Shown piece by piece: positions 1 to 64,000 of a stretch of DNA of 64,000 nt. The translations under genes and the position numbers were made by a program. The DNA is taken from assembly GCF_964204645.1 (NCBI RefSeq), contig NC_134031.1, forward strand, positions 7,068,001-7,132,000, read 5' to 3'. Each line of letters begins with the position of its first letter. Position 1 is the first letter of the stretch. The notes beneath the pieces were generated by a model, which worked only from the letters and a program-made list of their open reading frames with translations, was not told where the DNA came from and did not search any database. This stretch comes from Tubulanus polymorphus. Lineage: Eukaryota > Animalia > Nemertea.

Positions 1-1450
1 TCAGAATTTTTCAAGGAAAATGTATAACCTAATATGTCCAGCCATCTTGGTGATATATAGGCCAAGGCCGTTTTCGCGTAACTGTTAAGAACCGAGCCGA
101 CGATCACACAATTATATCTGTACTTCGATTTCCGATTTTGAAATAAGACCCCCTGGTTCGCTCCCGGCAGGTGTGGTGGGTTTGTAAGGTACACAAAATC
201 AAAAAATCAAACGAGGGTTGATTGCGACCAAACCCTTCGCCACTTCCTGCGCTATCAAACTACACACGTTTTAACTATACATTATTCAGAAAAACTTCCA
301 TGGAACAGTTCAGAATAAAAGGAATTGATTCTCGCTCATTCAGATTTCAAACATATTCCAGCTTTTCCGAAAGGATGCACGTGAATCTTTCTTTACAAAT
401 AGAAGGTTCTCAATTAACCTCAAGATTGTACTATAACGTATTTCACTATTTCCGAAGGTTATGACTATGACGTGGGAATTGTCAGTTATCTTATTCTTCC
501 GATTTTCTCCAAAATACGGAAAATCTGCAATTCAACGATAGTATGATTTATGTACGTAAGTAGATCGGTCTGGTCTATTAAAACTCGTAGTTCGCGTATT
601 CAGTTCAGTTTAAACACCAGGGAACGCGGCACTGAACGGCTGACTGGACTAAACAGTTCCATAGATTTTTCACGCCCCTGCACTGCTATATTAAAATCAA
701 GGGCAAATACTGGTTTGACGTACGCGAAACTTATTATAAAGGATTTAAAGTTCACCGAGAAAGGTACTGTCTATTCATCAATATTCATACGTTTCAAAAA
801 TACATATATATGTATATCAATATTTTGATAGTACGTGTGCACTATGAAACAATAACAGAAAATCGATGGCAAATTTGAAAATTCGAAACACGTCGCATCT
901 CACTCAGCAAGACCATTTTACATCGTAAAAACTACAATATTGGACCGTTGGGTATGACTGCAGTTTAGGTGTCCCTAATGGTTATGTACCTAACCTTACC
1001 ATAACACTATTCTTTAATAACACTAACGCCACCCAGTGGATAGGTGACCCAAACTGCAATGGTGTTCAAAACGAAATTGCGTGAGGGAAATATTGATATT
1101 CGCGAGCATTTCAGTATATATGACTAATATTTGTAAGCAATTTATACATGCATAAAAAATCGGATCGGCTCGATTTTGTATAGCTCGATACAATAGTATT
1201 TTTTTCAACAGCTGTGCCGGGAATCGGTTAGAAACAACATTTGTCGTGGATGGTGTCATTAAAATACAATTGATATTATTGAACGATATTTAGAGTGGTG
1301 ACTGCTTGTAATCACAATTTGACCTTCCCATATACATACGACCGTTCAATTCAAGACGGAGCATTTGGTGTACGTATATGCGGCGGATTACGAATTAATA
1401 CGAATCTTGTGGGCAAAAGTGAAATTGCCGTATTAAACAGCAGCATTCAT

Positions 1451-1667
1451 AAAAAGGCATATAGCCTCATTTAGCCATCGCTGTGCACACACGTCTTAAT
1501 AGCGTGTATAATGATATGTACGAACTTAGAAAAAAGAACTGTTACGGTATATTGTAAATGTAACTGGAGTAACTGTATTTGTAAAACTGTAAACTGTTTA
1601 CTTTTTTGTATCCCGTGCTCGAAAAAATTGTATAATTTCTGGAGTAATGAATTAGAATTGAATCTGA
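1451..1667 (+). mobile_element. Dispersed repeat E, probable 5'-truncated LINE 3' end (second copy 38368-38585)
   Basis: Colinear AAAAGGCAT...TAGCCATC.CTGTGCACAC...GTAACTGTATTTGTA...GTGCTCGAAAAAA...CTGGAG, ending in a polyA-signal-like hexamer and short tandem tail. Confidence 0.7.
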
Positions 1668-1844
1668 TACGGGTTTCATATTATGTATCCAAACTTTGAT
1701 TGATAAAAAATCGAAGTTAGGAAAAGCTGGAAATCATCGTTATAAAAGGGTTCGCTCAAAATCGTATTAACGACGTTCAGCTGGATATTTTGTGTATGCA
1801 TATCCAAGACAAATATTTCAGTCTATCCACTCACCTATATCCCA

Positions 1845-56522
<54,678 letters not shown>

Positions 56523-59500
56523 CTAGCACCGGAACCGACCTGTAGTGCTTACGGAGGCATGCGTCCCCCGCCCGCTCAGGGAGGAGCTGGGCAAGCTGCA
56601 TGTTTAATCCAATAAACATTCAATTCACCATTTAAAAGATATGCTGACTATGAGAAATACCTAAGTCCACTCATTGAAATAGAGCGTGTACGACCTCCTT
56701 CCGAGCCTACTAATCCGACTGATTTAACTTGAACAAACTGTTGATGAGTTTTTAAAGGTGATTGACTGATTATAACTCTTATTGTAGGCCATTCTACTAC
56801 TCATTATTCCCGCGGACCGGTGGTTATCAAACACCGTTCTGAAGGTGGTAAGTGTGACACTGCGCGCCACCTATTATTGTTACCGGTAACACACGTACGT
56901 GTAGACACTCGACATGATGTGTTTTTGTTGTATGTACGTAATTCTGCTGTGTACGCAACGAAACGGGGGTACGGTACGCGCCTGCAGGGGGCACCACTGT
57001 ACACACACACAATATGTGTCTATACAAACTCACAACCTACACAAATATGTATCTACGTGTGCATACGATGTTATACCTATTAAAATTCCATATTTGTGTC
57101 CAAAATCTAGGTTAGGGAGGAGGAAGGTATGATTATTATGGTCAGTTTATGGTGAGAATTGCATGTACTCAGTAAGCACCGTGGGTTGGTTCCGAGACCG
57201 AGAAGATATGGCTGATTTTGACGCTATATGACGCTGCTATAGATCCTCATTATTATTGGCTGATGTATTATCGATTTTTGCATTAATAATGAGCTTCTAT
57301 CGTACCACCTTATTTGTTATTGTAAATTTTGATTGTTTTTATTGTTATCGTCAGATGTTTTCTGACATTTTTCTCAATACCTATATGCAATAAATCATTT
57401 AATATAGATACAGTTTTTAAGCTCTTCGCCGTATATATGTGGTTCATACATGTCGTAAATGCACATGTGATGCGGAAATCTTTCGATTGTACATAATTAT
57501 GTATCGGTAGCCATATAGCAATAGCAAATGAATGGCAAACGAGAACAAGATATGTTTGATACAGCGTTATAACTGATAGAACAACATTGTAATGAATCAT
57601 AATACATTGTATGATTATAAGATAAAGCATAATACCCTATCTTATTGTTTATTTTTAAAGTCTTCGTGAAAATACGCGGTTTTCGATCTTTAGATTGATA
57701 TTCTTTTACCGAATCATCTCTACAGAGCGATGCTTTCAAACTATATTAATAAACGTGAACTTGTTGTATTAACTACCAGTTAAAACGTATATGATAATGA
57801 TGATTATATTTATTGCCGATTTCAATCTGCTTCGGAACTTGTAAAAAAAGGATTTCTCCGTGTTTAAATGCACCTCGTTATTCATTAATATGAATTGATT
57901 GATTTGTTAAATGAATTGAAAATTTATTCGTCAACTGTTTCAGATCATAGAGCAGTGCTCGTCAAATCATTATATATATATTTCAAAATGTAAGAGCGGA
58001 AACGAAGAAATTATTTTACTGAATCATTTTTCCAGCCAATAGCTCTGACCATTGTGAATCAAATGAAAATAATTGTTCTTTCTGCTGTTTATTCGAATGT
58101 ATACTGCTCTTTGGTTATAGAATTGTCCACTAGACTTGTTTATTGTGTATAGTTAGAATTTGTTCATAGAGGTTTGATTATTCAACGATGTTGCTCAAAT
58201 CTTTGTAAATTATCATTATTAGTCGATGCACATGGATTCTAGAATATTTCTCTCATGGTTCAATAAATAAAGATGCCGTTTATCGATTTAAAAGAAAAAG
58301 AAAACATTATTTATTTTTTTTTCTTGCCGATTCATCTTCGGGGCGCCCAATAATCTAACCAATTATCTTTTGGGCCAGTTGATAAATCATGAGTCCGATT
58401 TTTGAACCTCGAGTCAAATGGATATCACACAAGTCACCAAAAAGATCAGAAATTGCCCTTGATAATGCCACTATATCGGAACGAATGAAAAACATGGCAT
58501 TAAAACGAATTTGGTGTTATAAACAATGGTATTTCGATTGGATTTTAGTTATTCAAAAGCTCATTTGCAAAATTCTCTGAAAATATTGGCGTTTAGTGAG
58601 CACTGGCATTAGAAAGGATGGCGTCATAACCGACTTCGACAGTAGTTTTAACTGATGACTTGGTCACTACTATATACAGTACTTCAGCCGGATCTTGCTT
58701 GCCACAAGTGGAATCCTGGTTTCCCATAGAAGCGTTGAAGGTCCGTCGTTTCATAAACTGACACCATTAAATCGAGTTCACACCATCAGAGATGACATCT
58801 CTCCCTTTAAAGTATGTTGATGGATTCTAAGTGGTTCTGGTATTTATCCCTCGTCGTCACTTCTCGGTCATCTGTGATCTTCAACGAGATCGATTAAAAC
58901 CATTAAATCTTAACGCAATTGAATCAGGGCCAGATGCATAAGAAAATTGATATTTCATTGGATCTATTGGTTTTTCATCCGTTTTGACGTGCCTTTGGCT
59001 TCGACGACACAATACATCCATCTTCTAGCGGCCATACCCTTCAGTCGACCGAACAGGGTCACGGGGAAAGATTATATATAATTTGGGATTGATGAATCCT
59101 TCTTTTCGATCGATCTCGCAATGACACAAACACGTGTACCAAATTCAACGTCAATGGGCAATTATCCCGATTTCCGAGCAGACTGCGCCTAATTCGGTTT
59201 TCGTATCTAGTCGACTAGTGGTCGGAACTAATAACCGAATGCGCTTGATTTTTCGAACTTGTCTACTACCATGATAAAGTTCCGACCAATTAACATTCGG
59301 TTTCACTTAATTCGACTATAGTCGACTAACTCCGATAACCGCAGTTGGCCCTGGCAATGTGTTATTAAACCCGGCTATTCTCTCGAGTTGCGTCGATGGC
59401 CAATCCGATATAAATTGACGCGACTCCGCCTCCCAGTACGGCTAAAACGCATTTAAGGTGCATCAGGGACTTATAGGGACTAGGTTACTTTATATATTAG

Positions 59501-60264
59501 TAACGTAGTAAATGTCCATCGGAAAACATACAGCCAACTCTCAAAGACAGCCAACCCCGCCTAACACCAGCAACATCCGGAGATCGAAACGTGTGTCTTT
59601 GAACTAGTCATACCTCGATTTAACGCCACCCTTGGCGATTCCCGATTGTATATATCTAGTTACTCAACTTTTACGATGGCGGTAAATCGGGGAATATTGT
59701 AATACATTAGTATGGGATTGTACTAGGATATTACGCTGGCGGTATGCGAGGGGCGGTGGGTCAGAGCCGTCGGAAGGAATATTTCAGTGGCGAAGCTTAT
59801 TTCTGAAAGGGGGTGTGGAGGCCCTCCCCTAGAAATATTTAAAATTCAATCTCCGGAGATGCGTTTTGGCCCTTTTACGGTCTCATTCACAGAAGCATGA
59901 GAAGCCGTGAGCCAACCACCTAGTACAGAGAACGACGAGCTGCTACGCGGTACAGCGTGCGTTTGAAAAAAATTTTGTAAGGCAAAACATTGTTCCGTTC
60001 CGACGGCCCTGTGGGGTAATCCTCGTTCATTTTAGATGCGAATGTTGTTTTCAATGAAATCCAGGCGGTAGGCGATGTTGGCTGTAATCGAGGTTTGACT
60101 GTAGGCACAACTAACCGATGGACTTTTAGACGTCCATGGTCGTATTTAGAGTGCATCAATTACATAAACAAACAAAACACGTATATTTTCAATTGAAAAC
60201 GTTTAATTTTCTATTCTCGTATTCATACATACATAAGTTACACATAAGCAGTTACAAGCGCACA

Positions 60265-63200
60265 TCACAAGTCAATCATTATTGGTTCACATAAATTCAA
60301 TCGTTCGCTCGGCTTTTTTACGATCTTTTTCGACTGGTTCCCGGTCGCTTTACCGCCGCTACCCGCCGGACCGGACTGCTGATCGCCTCCGTGTCGTTTC
60401 TTTAAATGCCATCGAAGCGACGATTGTTGTCTGGCGCGATACGGACAGTTATCGTGCGGACATTTCACCGGTTTTTCGTCGGTATGGCACCGCCTGTGAA
60501 CGGTCAGTTGGTATTTAGTGCGGAACGTTAGACCGCAATCGTCCCACGAACACGGGTGAAGTTTTTCGCGCGTGTGATGCACGCGTACGTGTTGATTGAG
60601 TTCGTCTTTGCTGAAGAACAAGGCGCGACACGTTTCGTAAGAACACGAAAACGGTTTGACACGCAGATGCACGCGATCGACGTGCTTCTTGCGCATCGCA
60701 GCCGAATTGAAGGCTTTTCCGCAACTTTCCACGTGATCGCACATGTACAGCTTACACGAATGAACGGAACGTTTATGTTTGTATAATCCGTGTTTTGTTT
60801 TGAACGCAGACAACTCGCAAAGATCACACGAGTAAAGCTTACTGTTTATTGAACGTTCTTTTATAGGTTTATCACGTTTCGATACAGCATCACGAATTAC
60901 ATATAAACAGTCTTCGTGATCGTTATTTTTTTCGTTGATAATAGACTGATCTGCTGTATCAGTTTGACTGGTAGACTGACTAGATAGACTGACTGTATCA
61001 GTTTGACTGACAGACTGAACAGGTACATCACTTTGACCAGTACGCTGACCAGATAAATCACTTAGACCTGCAGACTGGCTAGATGTATCAGTTTGACTGA
61101 CAGACTGAACAGGTACATCACTTTGACCAGTACGCTGACCAGATAAATCACTTAGACCTGCAGACTGGCCAGATGTATCAGTTTGACTGACAGACTGACC
61201 AGATACATCAGTTTGACCAGTACACTGACCTGATACATCGGTTTGACCTACAGTCTGACTATATCCATCAGTATGACCAGTATACTGACCAAATGCATCA
61301 TTTTGACCAGTACACTGACCAGATACATCGGTTTGACCTACAGTCTGACCAGATGCATCAGTATGACCAGTACACTGACCAGATGCATCATTTTGACCAG
61401 TACACTGACCAGATACATCAGTTTGACCTACAGCATGACCAGATACATCAGTTTGACATACAGACTGACCAGATACATCAGTTTGACCTACAGACTGACC
61501 AGATACATAAATATGACCAGTACACTGACCAGATGCATCTTTTTGACCAGAGCACTTACCAGATACATCAATTTGACCATCAGTTTGACCGATAAGCTGA
61601 TGAAATGCATCAGTTTGACTGAAAGACTGACCAGATACATCACTTTGACTGATAGGCTGACCAGCTACATAGATTAGGCCAACAGACTGACCAGATACAT
61701 CAGTTTGATCAGTACAATGACCAGATGCATTAGTTTGACCTACAGTCTGACCAGGTACATCCATTTGATTGAAAACCTTATTGGACTTATTAGTCCCTTT
61801 ATGATATACATGTACCCTATTCTTTATCTTGTTGTTAAATTGTTCAGGATTAGATGAATACAAATCACTAGATGATTCATCATCTATCGAAAAGGAGGCG
61901 ACGGTAGGAGAGCCCTTTACGCTATGATTGACATCAATATGATCACATTGATGATGATCACTCTCACTTTGAGTATTACTACGATCATGTTCTGCGCAAT
62001 CGGCTTCGCTTGCAGGTCCTAGGTGGCGCAGTGCCGTTCTTACTAACAAATCTAAAGCCATATCATCGTTTAAATCTTCCATATTCATATCCGACACTTC
62101 GCGAACACTTTGTCGATTCACCGAGCTGTCCTCGACAATGCCAACATCAGCAGCAGTCGAGCTGGTCGAATACTGATTGTCACTGACAACAACATCCTCC
62201 GATCTTGATTTGGTTGTTTTTCTCAAAGATCTCGGTCCGAAACTTTTCAACCTGAAAAACCGAATAACGAAGCTGTCGACGCTAACTTCTCGAATTTGAA
62301 AAGATCTTTCGATCAGAATGAATATCATACAAACCTTTTAATATCGAGTTGTTGATTTTCACAGTAGAGAATCAGTAAACTGATGAGAAATGCCGAAGTT
62401 CTGAGACTTGAATGATTCTGCAGTTTATAAAACCAATATTTTAGATCGGTTGAAACTTGTAAACATATGAATTCGTCGTCGGTGTTTTGTTGCTGTCTGC
62501 TGGTGTCCATATCTATGAATAAAACAAAGTTATCTGAATAACTCGACGTCAGGGTTCCTACAGATCATTCATTCCTGACTATATAAGGAGTTTTCAAGGA
62601 GTTTTAAAGGAAAAAGTTTCAAATTTTGAGGAAGTATCTGCATTGCCTTCATATCATAATAACAGTAAACTTGTACTGTTTATCTTGGTAAACCGTTAAT
62701 TCGGTGGTTTTGTAAGCGAACTTTTATCGTACACTACCTAGCACGGATTTATAATTTGGTAACCACCTAATCGGGTAAAAAGAAATCCTGGACCCAACTG
62801 AACCAATCTGATTTAGGGGTAGTCTACTGTCTGTACAAAACGAACTAGACAAAAATTAATGCAATATCTTGATATTTTCTAGGCCTAATTCTATATTTTG
62901 ATTGAAGGTTCGTACCTGAATGTATAGTATGACCATCAGAATTCAATCTTTTCTCAGCAATTTCCAATAACAGCGAAGTAAAAGATATATGCCCTTGATC
63001 TCCATAAGCTCGCTTCAATTTCTCCCATTTCTTTACATTTGATGCACCTGAAAAATCATCATAAAAGTATCATTCTAAATGTTTAAGCGGCTGGTAAGTA
63101 GTTGACTTTTAAGCAAGATTTCAAACAAGCAAAATACTACGGGCCAATATTAAAGAGCAGCTTTCTATGTGTCCAACTTTAAGTATAGTATCTAACTTAT

Positions 63201-63613
63201 AACTTCCATATTTCTGATCAGTTTTCTGATTCTTCTCTCTAGGTTAATTCACAACCTATATTAGGCCAACTAACCCTAAACCCAACTCCAATTTGACAAT
63301 CAATTATCAATAATTACCAGTCCAGTTATCATTCAGCAGTGTGCGGAGACTTACCTATGTAAATTCTCGACTTATTTTTTTCATCATCATCGAGTACTGA
63401 TTTTCTGCCAGCACCAGTTCTACGCCCACCTCGACCAGGACCAGCAGCAGCAGCGGCAGCGGCAGCGTCAGTAGTGGTAATGGGATCACTGTCCAAATCA
63501 GCACTCATCACCGAACAAGAAGAACTTGTTGAAGAAGCGCTGGTAGCTTTTTTCAGTGGCTTTTTTGCAGGCAGGCTTTTAATTTTTTTTTTCTTTCTAG
63601 AGATTTTAGCCAT
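60265..63613 (-). CDS. C2H2 zinc-finger protein, ZFP91/ZNF653/ZNF692-like (~851 aa); coding exons 63613-63355, 63047-62916, 62512-62335, 62251-60265
   Basis: GT-AG introns with phases 1/1/2 join 259+132+178+1987=2556 nt in frame. Five C-terminal C2H2 fingers, the last (CPYRARQQSSLRWHLKKRH) resembling the ZFP91-family RQKASLNWHMKKH. N-terminal basic NLS-like run, AT-hook-like GRGGRRTGAGRK, and an RIYIG...W..LK...F..LLL helical module. Confidence 0.88.
60955..61770 (-). repeat. Coding minisatellite, 33-bp unit (11 aa, QTDVSGQxxG-like), about 24 units
   Basis: Recurrent ccagatacatcagtttgacc...gactga units; includes a near-perfect 99-bp higher-order duplication (~60996-61190). Confidence 0.93.
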
Positions 63614-64000
63614 CGTTGACTTATTTTTCAAGATCAGATCATTACTAATCAGAAGAGTTTAATCAAACATGCTCTAGTCTAATAAACGTCAAAACGAGAA
63701 ACAAATTTATTTATTTTGTTTCGCTCACTGACCTTAACTGATATCGCTCGTTCGAGAAATTTGTGTCTTTTTAACCGTAAAAGTAGATGGCGCCAGTTAC
63801 GGCAAACGATTTTTCTAGCGCAAGCGCTCAAATCTATCAGATTTTGATGCAGTAAAAGTGACTAAAGATTCATCCCGATAGCTGCTGTATTTTTGTTATT
63901 AACAAGCGTTGAACATTTCTTTCAAAAACAGAGATATAATCAGAAAAGTCACGACCAAAGATTAGGCGCGCGCCATCTTGCGGGTGTTTTTGCACTCCTC

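Noticed and set aside
60955-61770. CRISPR-like array
   Set aside because: Tandem units without unique spacers, in frame within a eukaryotic exon; no cas genes.
62252-62328. ATG 62328 as start of the 687-aa zinc-finger ORF
   Set aside because: It lies within a GT-AG intron (62334-62252); upstream exons splice in frame.

Overview
AT-rich animal (invertebrate-like) genomic DNA with spliceosomal introns; no prokaryotic features, rRNA or CRISPR. (1) A ~55-kb plus-strand gene for a voltage-gated K+ channel beta subunit (Kvbeta/KCNAB/Hyperkinetic, aldo-keto reductase AKR6 family). I reconstructed 10 core exons (28051-50834) with consistent GT-AG phases and an intact D-Y-K-N catalytic tetrad. It has at least three alternative first coding exons ending TAC-AG|GT and two homologous alternative last exons (52407, 56430). 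(2) An apparently intact ~5.1-kb non-LTR retrotransposon (RTE/RTEX-like) inserted antisense in intron 2. Its ORF1 and ORF2 are in the same frame, separated by a single TAG, and ORF2 has no AUG ahead of the endonuclease motifs, which suggests stop-codon readthrough or non-AUG translation. (3) A convergent minus-strand 4-coding-exon C2H2 zinc-finger gene (~851 aa, ZFP91/ZNF653/ZNF692-like) with a 33-bp coding minisatellite. The introns are rich in MITEs, tRNA-derived SINEs, LINE 3' ends and a ~550-bp compound microsatellite. All calls were made by eye from sequence; isoform and regulatory claims need transcript data.
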